Origin: Podarcis bocagei
Taxonomy: Eukaryota
NCBI GenBank assembly: GCA_964188305.1
Contig: OZ076886.1
Reading direction: 5' to 3' (one strand)
DNA length: 64,000 bases
In this document: one piece after another, positions 45,001 to 57,334 of the stretch
How positions within the stretch are numbered: the first letter of the stretch is position 1
How the letters are laid out: each line of letters starts with the position of its first letter
The notes under the pieces: generated by a model
Database searches by the model: none
Told to the model about the DNA's origin: nothing
What the model saw: the letters and a program-made list of their open reading frames with translations, nothing else
Translations under genes and position numbers: made by a program

Positions 45001-48000
45001 ATTTAAAAAATGCAATAAAACTGCATTTTTTCCTCAATTTTTCTTGAAAAGACATCCCATGTTTTTGAACGTTTGAAAAAGCCTTTAACGTTTCCCAAAC
45101 CTATCCCACCCCTGTATGCTCCCCCCACCATGGCAATCTAAATTATAACCTTCTTTTGAGAATGGAAAACACCCTTTCACATTTGAGAGTTAGGCAATCT
45201 CCTGATAAGAGGTTATTCTTGCTTTCTCTTGAAGTAAAGGGAAGATGAACCAGGCTCTTCAAGAGGTCAATTGTTTTTGGGTGGTCTGCCGTGTTTGAGA
45301 GCTTCAAGTCCAAAGGGAAATAGAATACTGTATCCAAACTCATTTCTTGAAAGGGACAAATGTGCAATTTTTTTAAGTGAACCCAGAAGCTTCCCGCTTC
45401 AAATGCTGAACAACAATCTAATAATTCTGAACCTCTGAAAATATTATGTTTTATAATCTACCCATCCCATTTTTTTTTTTTGAACACTTCGGCCATGTTC
45501 TCCATCAGGATAAATTTTCAATTCACGAGAAATATTTTCAATTTTGAATTTTAACCTTAATTGACATTTGCATAACTTCTTCTTTTTTAAAAAAAAAAGT
45601 GATTTAGTTCTGGGACTTTACCAAGTCATTGTACTGCGTTTCATCTAATAGTCATTTTATAAATACTCAAGTACAAACTTCACTATGTACTGAAGTACCT
45701 GCATGCAAACAGTCTAATTCCCTTGAAGACCCTTGCTGGTATCTTTTGCCTTGCTAAGACAAGAACACAAACTCAGACACCTGGAGAAATCTCTTGGTAT
45801 CTCTTCTAGCTACTGCTCTGCTGTACATATGATGAAATGTGCAGGAAAAATCTCATACGTCACATTTCCAAACATGTAGGCAAATTTATTTCACAACTTT
45901 GTGGGAGGAGCACTTCTAAACCTTGACGTCTTGAGGCACTAGAGAAAGGAGAGCCAAAAGATTTATATATTTATTTAATGGCTGGAACAAGCTTCCAGAT
46001 GGAAAGTTAAAACAGCGCAAGGCTGAAGTTACTTATTTTAAGCAACTTTTTTAAAAAAGGGCTCTTTTCTTAAATTCCAAGTTCACAAGATACGACACAA
46101 ATGTTCAATAAATATCCACTAAAAAAATCAACAGACAAAATAGCTTTTCAGGAGTTACATTACAGGAGGCACTTATTCATAGGACCTGACAGTTCCATCA
46201 CTTGGAATCTTAAACGGAATAAAGCTTTTAGGAGCAGCAAAGCAGATACCTACAAATTCTTAAACACCAAGAGGAAACAAAACCCAAAAGCCATCTTTAA
46301 AGAGAAAAATCTCATCGTTGCAAAGCCAATCCCATCATTAGGGGCACCTGCTTTCCATTAGCACTAGAAAACCCAGTGCTCTAATAACATTCTTGTACTC
46401 TCAACTATCTGCCAACCAATGCTTCTTGATTTAAGATTTCCAGGGCCTAGCACTAGGGCTGTGGTGCACATCTAACCAATTCATGCTGGCAACTGCTAAT
46501 AAAAAAGTTTTGAGAGGCTCTGTGCTCTAAAGCTAAACCATGGTTTTTAGGTCAAGCCAGAAGGTAGATCCACTGCTAGTTCCACTTTTAGATATCAGCC
46601 ACTTTGGAAAGGTACCAGTGCCAGTTGTCATACCATGTATCACCAGTTCTCTGCCAACTAGTATACTTCATTTGCTAAAGTACATTTCATAGAAGTCCAA
46701 TGGAAGAACAGGTTGTAGAGCCAAAAGGAGGGCACACCCAGCTTTTAGGACAAGGCAATAAAATGGCTCCCATTAGACTGCTTCTACTAACCCTTTCTAT
46801 TTATCTCTTTCCCACACCTTCTGTACTTCCCAGTACACTCCGCACATTAACTTGACACCACTTTCTTCTACACGCAGCCCAGTGCCATTCTCAACTTGCA
46901 CGTGCTGTTCTTCCACCTGGATCTCGAGTCCAACTTTTCACACTTCCAATATCTCCTGTGTTCCCTCACCTGCGCCAGCATTCTCTACCCAAGGTGCTTC
47001 ACTTCCCCGACAAACACGCCCAGACCTTTGATGACTACCAGCCTACTTTCCAAGATGAATTCTCAAAAGCAGTGATTAACTCCGCAATTGCTGGACTGTG
47101 CAAAAGCAAGCAGAAGGGTGAGGGCCTATCACTGAGAAAGACAGGCCACCCTGATCATCTGCGGAGAAGACTACTGCAACTGGTCCTACTGGTCACCAGG
47201 GCTTTAGTTCTCCTATGAGTTTCTCATTACATCTTTCAGCCACTCTACCTTGTCCTCTGCTATAAGGGGTTTTAGCCTCTCCCCACTCCTTCTCTAGGCA
47301 GTTCAATATTTTGACAGTGTACTGCTCTTCTTGTCATCTTGTGGAAGATGCCCTAGAAAGCATGCTTTACTCTTCTCCAAACCATTTTTTGTGTGCAAGT
47401 GACATCTCAAATCTGCATCTTTATGGGATCATTCTTGTATCAATTTGAAGTTGGAAGGCCTGAACAATTCCTAACCAAAACACATTTCTGTGGCAAAATG
47501 ATCTCCTATGCCCTTCACCCCGACAGATATCTCCAAGTAGTCTTAATATGAGCTTTCTTGATATTTTGCTCAAGGGAAACACAAAACTGCATTTCTACTA
47601 TGTTTGTCCTCTACCCAAAGAGCTTCCAATACGGCAAAAAGATCTTGCTATTGAAAATAACAAAGTCTTTTGCCTATGCGGAACTACCCATTTATTTATT
47701 TTTTTGAAAAGCACGACTCAATATCTTGAAATCAAAACCATGTCTGGATGTACATTACTGACTCTCTAAATCAACGTTTAGGAAGTCAGCGAACATCAGG
47801 CATGCATTCTCCCCCTTTACCCCCACCCTGTGTTGGTGCAGAGATCCTGGTTAGTTTCAGCTGCAATTCCCCATTATGTCTGAATTGGCAAACTGTTATT
47901 TTACTAACCAGGATCAAACCATGGTTTATTATTACTGCTAGAGAACTGTAACAGCTCAGTTTACTATTTCAGATCCAATGGGAAACTGTAGTTTATTCTA

Positions 48001-50888
48001 ACAAGATCAGATCACTAATGGGAAAGGTAAGTGTGTGAGTTTGTTGTTTGTTCCTGGTTCTCAAACTATGGTTTAGCACACTATTTTCAAGCTACTTTCA
48101 AACTGTGGCATAATGTCTTTGGAAAACACTCAGATTTTCTTAAAATTCTGGAGAGTTTAGGAAGACATCATAGCCAAAGTTCACAGAAGAGGCTAAATAA
48201 ACATCTTGCTGAAGCCTCCACAATACTAAAGGAATTCATCTTGGAGGCTAGGCATCTCTTAAACATGCACCGCAGTACCACCTTCTGTTTTTCATTAGAC
48301 ACCCATAGGTAAACTTCATTGCTTTTCCTACTCCACTTCCATAAAAAACATTAATATTCACTCACTGTTTGGACGCATCTTAAATCTGAAACTTGCTTTC
48401 TCTGCTCACTGCCCTTTAGTTTTCACCAGCTTTTCACTTCCAACTTTCTCTCATACAGCAAATGTCTTTTCATATAATACACTCCACCCATTTTCTTTTA
48501 GGCACAAAACCACCTACTCATAAAGCCTGTGTGCAAATGAAATTGCCTTCCTTCATATTCCGAAAATGCTGCCACATTAACAGTCACTACTGAGGTCAGC
48601 AGAATAACTGAACTTCCACACTGTGTTGTAACGATGTCCCAGTCACAAGGAATGAAGACCTCCACCCTCTCAGGAAATGAACTCTCCATGTCCTCCAAGC
48701 TCTTTGGTAACTTGCCTCATTTTGTTAGCAACTATCCACTCTAAAAATCTAATCAGTCACAGAAAACACCCTACTTCTTCACAAGTCAAGCAAGTGCACT
48801 GCCCCAATCTCAAAGGACCCTCTTGGTCTGGTCTGACTTTCTGGCAGGTTGCCCAGCACCCCCAAGCACTTTGTAGGACATGCCCAAACATGGATTATGC
48901 TATAACTGCTCCTCCCTCCACTAATTCTGCCACTGAATGTACCTAATTTTGGCTCCCCTTGGAAACATAATGCAATATAGGAGCTCCCCCTTGGAAACAG
49001 CCAGAATATAGATGGAATCGTGTCTCAAGGAGTTGTACTAAGCAGACAGCCCAGCCTCATCAATGACCACAGGAGCATCTCCTTTTCAGGACATCCCAAG
49101 TACTGTTATGACTTTACTCTAAAACTTCTGTGTGCGTGTGTTGGGTTTATGAAGTTGATCTATACATCTAGTATAGTATGGCATCTGACAATGCAGTGCA
49201 CCATCATGCCTGCGCCACAAGTAACCACACTAACCCAAATATCCATAGGATTGAGACAAGAGCTAAGATTATGGTACTCCAACCTTTGCTAGCAAGAGAA
49301 AGCAGGAATAAGCCTCACCTTCAGGTTAACAGTCAGAGCTTCAGTACTGTGCTTTAACCTCTGGACTACCTGAAATGCAATTGTTATTGGCAGAATTGAC
49401 CCAAGAAGAAAACCAGGATTCATTCCCAAAGTCTCTGACTACCTCTCTTTCCCAAGGCTAATGGTGGGAATTGTTGCCCCTAAAGGTTTATATGACAACT
49501 TCAATGACCCAGAGACCTTGGTGCCTACAGCATGGCCCCAACACTTTGGGAATGCCTGTCAATTAGAGGTGACTGGAATTCTGTCCCTTCTGGCTTCTTA
49601 TCCTGTTAAAAACACTAGCAGAAAAAAAGCTTTATTCTGAAAGAGTAGGATTGAGGAGGGCGCTCAGCCTTCATCCTCCAAGCCTTTTGGATAATTTAGA
49701 ATCCCGCCTCTGAGATTTCATGAAGTCTGAGCATCTAGACAGACAGTGCAGATTCTAGCCCATAATCTCCAAAGAGCAAACTCTGACCAATTCTCAACTG
49801 GAGATACACACTTGTGACCAGTTAAGAATCGAGTCAATTAAGTCCACAATAGGGCATAAATGTGTTACTATTTAAATATATTAAAGAATCCCTAAGACAC
49901 AGCAGTAAGAATCATTTGGGCTGAATCTTTTTTTAAAAAATGGCTTTCTTGATGCCAGGATTATCTTTTAAGTTCTGCTTTTCCTTTTCTTAAATACTGG
50001 AAGAAAATGAACAAGCATTTATCCTAGCACCAAACACACACTTTGGTAAATAAAACACCACTGACAAAACTTTGTTCACGCTCAAAACAAAAGATAGGAA
50101 CCCCTGAGTTCAAAAAGAATTGAAGAGGGAAAAAATCACTTTAACTGAGCTACTCTTGGATGAGAATAATTCTCAAACCTACACTTTCCTGTCTCCCCAA
50201 GCCCTAAAAAAAAAATGAAACCAAGACAACAGCAACAGCTAAGCTCAGAATCTAAAGCAGCAGACGACCCATCGACGTCCAGCCCCATTCCCCCTCAGCA
50301 AATACAATCCCAAAAACACAAACGAAAAAACGAAAAACAAAAACAGACATTAATAACGCAGGGATGGGTGAACGGGTGCAGCAGGCGGCCCGCAGCACCA
50401 CAAGTCCAAACTTAATAAATAAGTGGTAAAAAAAATATCTTCTTTTTCCTTTTGTGTGTTTTGTGTCTGTTCACAGTGCGTGAGCAAGGGTCACTGTTGA
50501 GCCTCCAGACAAGGTGGAGAGAGACAAGCAGGGAGCAGCTGTCACTTCGTGGCAACTCCGGGTGGCAGGCGCTCAATCACAGAAAGATAACAAGCACAGG
50601 CTGGAAAAGGCCTTGTATTCTTGGGCTGCCTGGTGCCAGAAATGCCAAAGCCTCTAGAACACACCCACATTCCAGAAAGACCAGACAGCCACCCCATCTC
50701 TTCATGGCAATACTGAAGGAAAAGACAACATGGGCAAGGGTGATTTGAGCAGGTGAAGCAAACAATTCATGCCACTGAAGAGTTGCTGTTGTGAGGGCAG
50801 GTGTCTGTTGTGGTGCTCTCTCTTGCCCCACCTTGCAAGCTCTGTCTGCCAAGGGGTCCTTCCTTGGCACAATAGCCACTCTACATGG
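42055..50888 (-). other. MAP2K7: Putative ~8.8 kb MAP2K7 3'UTR
   Basis: U-rich on -, no recognisable TEs, AATAAA on - at 42075-42080 followed by a U/GU-rich element; TEs resume just beyond it. Confidence 0.5.
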
Positions 50889-51026
50889 CTACCTGGTGAA
50901 GAATGGCAGGTGGTGCTGGCTAAGGATGCTACTCGTGCGGGGTGACTCTGTCTTAGCCATGACATCTTTGAACCAGGACGCCACATCCACTTCCAGTGTC
51001 TCATAACGCTTGATGAAGTTATGTTC
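50889..51026 (-). CDS. MAP2K7: MAP2K7 terminal coding exon [45 protein letters not shown]
   Basis: tttgcag acceptor, TAG at 50889-50891. Confidence 0.95.
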   Translation of the reverse strand, partial: EHNFIKRYETLEVDVASWFKDVMAKTESPRTSSILSQHHLPFFTR

Positions 51027-54000
51027 CTGCAAAGGAACAGGCAAAAAGAGATGGAAAATAAGCAAGGAAGTCACACCACCTGTGTTATTTCTACAGAGCT
51101 GCGAGCAACGGTTGTCAGCTATAGCTAAGCAACAAGGAGGATACACAACAGCAGCAAACACAAGCAGGGAAAAATCTGACCAAGTCAAATAAAAAAGTAA
51201 AAGAACTTTCCCTCTCTTTTAAAGAAACTATGTGGAGAAAAGAAAGGATGTCACTTTATTAATCTCAGCTTCCATGCCAGTTGGCACAAACTATTTCCAA
51301 GAAATGTTACTGGTTATTTCTAAACTTTAAGGGTTGGCAGAAGCACCCACTGTGGCCTTTTTCCAAGTCCTGGGGGATTTTTTAAAAATATTCACAATGA
51401 AAGAGGTGTGACCAATACTCACAAGTAGCTTGTTGTACTTTGGTCTCTTCCTGTGATCTTTAGTAAGGCTAGAAATAACAGAAACACACATTCAAAACAC
51501 AGGATCAAATTTGTTTTATGGAGCAACCAACACGGCATGTTTCCACTACATGATACATAATGAATCCTTGCAAACAGAGCTCATATTGACATAGGTCTAC
51601 TCTAAGTTTCAAACTCTCTCAGCTAAAAAGGATGAAGTCCATTATCCTTCCATACCAATAATCTTTCAGGGTCAACTTCCTATGCCCAGTATCCCACGGC
51701 AGTTTGCAACAATCTTACGTGAGGTTGTTTGATGGAATCCAGGAGTGGCAAGTTGGACACATAAGCTCAAAGTTAACTGGAACAAAACAATCACTATCAG
51801 AAGTAGATTTTCTGTTTGACCATTTGTGGAATTGTCAATGCCAGTTGCAAGGAGTGCAATTCATTTACAGCTGCAGATACAGCTGCCTAATTGTTGGAGT
51901 GAATGGAAACAAGGAAAGATGGGGAAATGTAACTAACTTACGACATGTTACTTTTTATTTCCATGGCAATGAAGGACTTCCTACACCTTTAGAATCGGTA
52001 CATCAGACACAGAAAAGAGATAAGAGCCTGGAATGTGTAGACAAGAAGAGGTCATACACAAAGATGTGCTAGCCCAGAATTTAAGCACAGCTGTCATGGA
52101 GGCAGATATGGGATTTCCTTTCTAGGTGGAAATCACCAGCACAGGTTGAGTTCAGTCTTTAGAAGAGCATGGTACCAGTTGGAACAAGCAGAACAGTTCC
52201 AATTCTTTTGCATACACTATTAATGGTCTTGAAGATAGGGTGCCCTAGAATGAACATTAGCCAATATCTGAGAAAGCAACTGGTGTGCAAGAGTTCAGCA
52301 GGAAACCAGCTGGAACTGCAGGGCTTCCTGTCTATGTAAGAAATGCTGAAGCAGCCGCTCTACATAACATGAATTTAAGGCACATCACTCACCAGTCTTT
52401 CACAAAGGACTGGAAATCCACAGAAAATCCCATGTTGTTTGGGAGAAGGGGAGGATCTTCCTGCAACACCTTGGTGAGGACTTCAAAATCTGTTTTACAG
52501 TTCTTGTAGGGGAACTGACCTGTAGCCAGCTCAACCTGCATTAGGGGTGGTAGAGAAATGAAGAATAAGTGCTTAAAAATGGGAATAATCTAAAAAGCAG
52601 TATTATCATCAGCATCTCTTCAATGATGCTTCAGTGATGTATATTTGCATATAAGCCGCAGGGCAGTTTACAACAAAAGCAAATAGATAAAAATCCATAC
52701 AAACAACACAATTCTAAATGACTGTACAGAAAGAGACGAGAGCAAGAAAGGGAAGAAATGTGGAACAGAATGATCACTTGGCTTATCCAGCCTCAACAGC
52801 AGCAACAAAAATGGGGTTCAGGATAGCCAGAATTCAGGCCTCCTTTGAATCAGTTAACTCCATTAAAAAAAATTGAAGAAAAGAGAAGAAAAACTCACCC
52901 CAAAGCTTATTGCTGTTTATGTCATGTATTAAGGACTGCATACATTAAAGGATTGAGATATGATCCAGAACCTGAAGAGCCCAACAAGGGTACACAAATT
53001 CCCTTAAAAATGGGGAGCAGGTTTTACTTACCAGAGAGATGCCGAGGCTCCAAACATCTGCACGTATATCATAATCTGGTTTTGAGGGATCAGGGGGATC
53101 TATTCTCTCAGGCTGGAAACAAAAAGATTATTACAAATTCAGTCAAAAATAAAACCTCTTTGCTACTGGTCTCTTACCTGTACCTAGCAAGATCCCTCTA
53201 ATTAAAGAAGCCAAACCATGGGTGAAATTGAATGTAGAACGAAGTGGTGTGTGGGTGTGGGTGTGTACACAGAATGAACGCCACTCTCACAACAAGCCTT
53301 CCCCCATCCTCCTAAACCTGTTCTGGGGGTTCCTTCAACCTTCCAAAGCAGATTTAGGGGGAAGCACATGGGTACATGGGGAGAGGAGGGAGAGTCTCAC
53401 TGCATGAGTGGGCCTTGTTCCGTGCACACAAAAACTTAGCTGAATCCCACTGGATGTTGCTAAGACAAAATGCAGGCTGTTTTGATACCGTAACAGCATC
53501 TGCGTAATAGCTGCCATACAGTTTCCCAAAAGCTCAGGCCAAATCTAGTGACAACTTTCTGTAGTAAAATGCAAGTGATGGAATTCTTAGTCCTGGAGAG
53601 AAGTTATCGAGACACATGGTGCATTTCAACGGCTGCAACGAAGCAGGTCTGGCCTACAGCACTGCTAGGATGAGAGACTGCTAGGGATCATACCCAACCC
53701 ATGCAAAGCAGCTTGGAGGAAGTATGACATAGAAGTTTAACAAATAAAGAGTATTTAATTAAATCATACACAAGCTATTCTGAGCAATTTGTAGGAAGAG
53801 CAACATACAATGTCACTTTTCTTTTTTTTTTACTCGGTTCCATCCCAGCACAGCAAGATTCCTGCTGCTGTTCTCTCGCCATCTGCCCATCTCTTACCGC
53901 CATATATGCTGCGCAACCAGCACTCCGGGTTTTGGCTTTCGAGTCCACCAGCCTCCCACTGATCCCGAAGTCACACAATTTGATTTGCCCCCTCTCATCC

Positions 54001-57000
54001 AACAAGATATTTGAAGGCTTCACATCTCTATGGATGACACCATGCTTCTCTTTCAGATAGTAGAGTGCTTTGACAATCTGAAAGCAACACAATGCAGAAG
54101 AATAAACCGTTGCTCCCTATAAGGAAAACAACTCAGAACTAGTCTAGAACTCATGATACCCTTTTATCAACGTGCCTGGAAAAACATGTGCTGCTTAGAG
54201 AACAAAGGTTATGCACTCAGCAATCAGTCTGAGGCTTTCGTGATACTTGGAAGAGATAGTTTCAGCTATCTGGGGCAAAACGTCTTGTATACACAACAAC
54301 TTGTGGGGAGACAGCGTTACAGCACAGCCCTTCAGTCATGCAGATTACCAAGCAGTTTTCAGGGATACCACTGGGGAAAAAGAAAGGTGGCATGTTCATG
54401 AACTGTTGTTACTATTGAAATGCTGTTACTATTCTTGGGATCCGAAGGTGAGATCTTGGGCTTCATAGTTTTCAGTGGGGTGTTATAATACTTGACTCTT
54501 CAACCGAGCCCTAGATTTTACCACATCTCATTATGCAGCATCAAGGGGGGGGGGGGGGCAGATGGCCAAAAGGAAATGAAAACAACCACACAGAACAGAG
54601 CGCCCAGTCCTGGGTTCCAAATTTTGCCAAAATCCACCCAACAGTGTAGTCATTATTTAAAAAATCTTACTCCCTCTGCTGTCCATAACAGCATTTTGCT
54701 CCAAGCAGGGAAGCTTAGCTCATTTCTGTGAGCCAAAAGAGAAACAGACGTGTGAGGCTCAAGTAAATGGAGGAGAATGGTATGTAAAATAACAAATAAC
54801 AAGTGGAGAATGGTTGTTGTCCCTTCAAAAACAGCAGAAAACGCAGCTGAAAAAGAAAAATACCTGGATGCCATATGCAGGAAGGAGTTTGAAGCACAAC
54901 GCATCTCCTTAAAAGCCATGATCATGGAAACTTGGAAGCAATTAATGGCTCCTCTGTGTCACAGACAAAACAAGCCAGATTCTAGCTTGCCATGTTGTGT
55001 GGACCTGGACTCATGGCTTGTTTCCTCCAAACAAACCTCAAGTGGTAACCCAAGAATAAACCTTTGTTACCACTCATCAGTTTGGAGGAAACAAGCCATG
55101 AGCCCAAGTCCAGGCAACATGACAGGCCAGATATATGGCTTGTTTTATCTGTGAAGCTGCCACAGCTGAAGCAAGGAAGGAGTACTATTAAGTAGTCTAT
55201 ACCAGCATGCTATTCGTTCTATGCTTAGCATGACATGTGAACTGGGCCAATGTCTAGATGGGGGAAATGTGGGATCTAAATGAAAAAAGCAAAAGCAAAA
55301 ACAACCCTCACCGCCACAGTCATCTTTCCCAAGATCCTCTCAGGGATTGGCCCTTGGATTCGTTTTTTCAGCTTCTCTGCACATGTGCCCATTAGCTCCA
55401 TGGCTATAAAAACATCAGTCTAAAGGATGGGGGGGGGGGGAATAAAATAAAAAAGTAAAAGTTAAGGTTATTATGATGTGGCTGTTCTAAATACATTGAA
55501 AAATACAGATGGACTTGAGAAAACAGTAGCATCGCCTTCATTTACATTTGTGATGAAAGTTCCAAAGCACTGAACAATGTAAGGACAGTCATGACTCTTC
55601 AGCACCACATCCAGGTCCATCAGAATCCTCTTGTTCTCCTCTTTGTTACCAGAACGACGCATTTGCTGAACAGAGAAGAGAATGGGGATTAGGAGCAGAA
55701 GTGGAAAGAGCCAAAAGAGTCGCGGGTGATCATGCTTTGACCCACAAAGGGCCTCATGGCCCTTAACTGCTTTATGATTAATTCACAGAGCGTCACTACT
55801 TTCCATCAAAGTAAGTTAAGGCCCACTTAATCCTGCCCAACTGGATTCTCTCTCAACAGCTGACACAGGAACCAAATAATCTGTGGCACCTAAGAGTTTC
55901 ACCAGCAATGAACCCTCTAGAAGTCCAACTCTGCCATTTCCTTTCATCTTAAGGTATCTTCCACTCAACACCCAGTAGATCTACCTCACCTTCACAGCTA
56001 TGATGTGTCCAGTCTTCTTGAAACGCATTTTCCACACCTGTCCACACGTCCCACTTCCAATCTCACCCAGATTTTCTAGGTCATTGATTTCTGCTTGGTA
56101 TCTCTGTGAGAAGATGAGCACATAGAGAAGCTACTCATCAATCCATTTTATATTGAAAAGAGTGGGGAGTTGCTTTCGGTTAATTCTTAATATACATCAG
56201 GCTTCAATATATTTTGAACTGCTGCACCTCTCAAGCCAGCTCACCTGCCCTCCGATGGTCAAGTAACCCGTTTGCTTCATGATTTCCTGCAGTTTCTGAT
56301 CAATCTCTATACTAGAAAGGGAAAGAGAAAAAAGGAAAAATATTGTGTTTGCTTCCATTTAGCCATGGCATACGAAAATCTCAGAACCCTTCTCTCTGCA
56401 GAAACAGGCTCCATCTCTGTGGAGAACCACACATTCCTCTTCTCAACACGGGCATCTAGACAACCCTATGAACTAGTAGATCTCCATCATGAAAGAATTT
56501 CTAATATGAATTCAAAGCCAGCAACTCACAAGTCACTTACATAACAAGACACCTCAATCCGCAGATCAGAGAAGTGCAGGTTAAATCATGAGTTTTTATT
56601 ACCTGTTGAAACCCAAAAAAGCAGCAGGTCCTCTACTAACTCCCAGGGCCATTACTGTATATTTTTGTGTGAATGCTATAAATCACTCATTTAGCAGACA
56701 AGCTTAGCCCGTTAATTCACAAACAGGACAGTTTAAACTTTGCATGGGCTGCTACTGATATTACATGATATTACAAAAAAATAATGCAACTCAAGGCAAC
56801 TAGGGGTTATGAAAGTTCCGTATCTACCTAAAAAAGATGGTTTGAGACAGGAGCCCTTTTCAAAAGCTCTGCCTCTTACATCAAAAGAACAGTGTGAAGC
56901 AGCTGTTAAGACTGTGGCAATAGCAATAAGCAACAAGATTAAAGTGCCTAGAGAACATTCAGTTCCCCAACACGCTATTATCCACGGCTGTACAGGCACA

Positions 57001-57334
57001 AGGACAGCAAACGCTTCATGTATTGTGCGCAGACCTGTCTGATCAAATGGCAAGCACAACATAAAACCTTTGCTCCAAACTGCTTCCCTTTCTCAAAACA
57101 AGCTGGTCCCTCCTGTCTCAATACAGCAGAGAAGATGAGCACAGCACCCCAGAACCTGCCTCATTTGCTCTAGTTCTGCTTACCTCTCCATGCTCTTGTT
57201 CATGTGGAAGGGGGGCTGAGGAGGCAGGCCCAGAAAGTTTCGGGGGCGTGACGGATGAGGGTGATGATGCTGGGGCGAGCTGTCCAAAGAGGTGGAGCGG
57301 CTACTTCCATCGTTGGCTAAGGGAAGCTGCAATG
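50889..57334 (-). CDS. MAP2K7: Dual-specificity MAP kinase kinase 7 (MKK7); 10 coding exons in window: 57184-57334, 56245-56311, 55990-56103, 55546-55665, 55312-55419, 53898-54077, 53032-53112, 52393-52535, 51423-51468, 50889-51026; N-terminal exon(s) beyond the window
   Basis: GSGTCGQV P-loop, [32 protein letters not shown] activation loop and C-terminal HHLPFF; all exons are GT-AG and frame-consistent. Confidence 0.97.
51423..51468 (-). CDS. MAP2K7: MAP2K7 exon [15 protein letters not shown]
   Basis: ttctag/gtgagt, 46 bp. Confidence 0.95.
52393..52535 (-). CDS. MAP2K7: MAP2K7 exon [47 protein letters not shown](C)
   Basis: tgcag/gtgagt. Confidence 0.96.
53032..53112 (-). CDS. MAP2K7: MAP2K7 exon [27 protein letters not shown]
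   Basis: ttccag/gtaagt. Confidence 0.96.
53898..54077 (-). CDS. MAP2K7: MAP2K7 exon [41 protein letters not shown]
   Basis: tttcag/gtaaga, 180 bp. Confidence 0.97.
55312..55419 (-). CDS. MAP2K7: MAP2K7 exon [36 protein letters not shown]
   Basis: tttag/gtgagg. Confidence 0.96.
55546..55665 (-). CDS. MAP2K7: MAP2K7 exon [40 protein letters not shown]
   Basis: ttcag/gtaaat. Confidence 0.96.
55990..56103 (-). CDS. MAP2K7: MAP2K7 exon [38 protein letters not shown]
   Basis: cacag/gtgagg. Confidence 0.96.
56245..56311 (-). CDS. MAP2K7: MAP2K7 exon [22 protein letters not shown]
   Basis: ttctag/gtgagc. Confidence 0.95.
57184..57334 (-). CDS. MAP2K7: MAP2K7 exon [50 protein letters not shown] (docking-site region)
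   Basis: ctcag/gtaagc; LQLPL and RPR..LGLP JNK-docking motifs. Confidence 0.92.
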
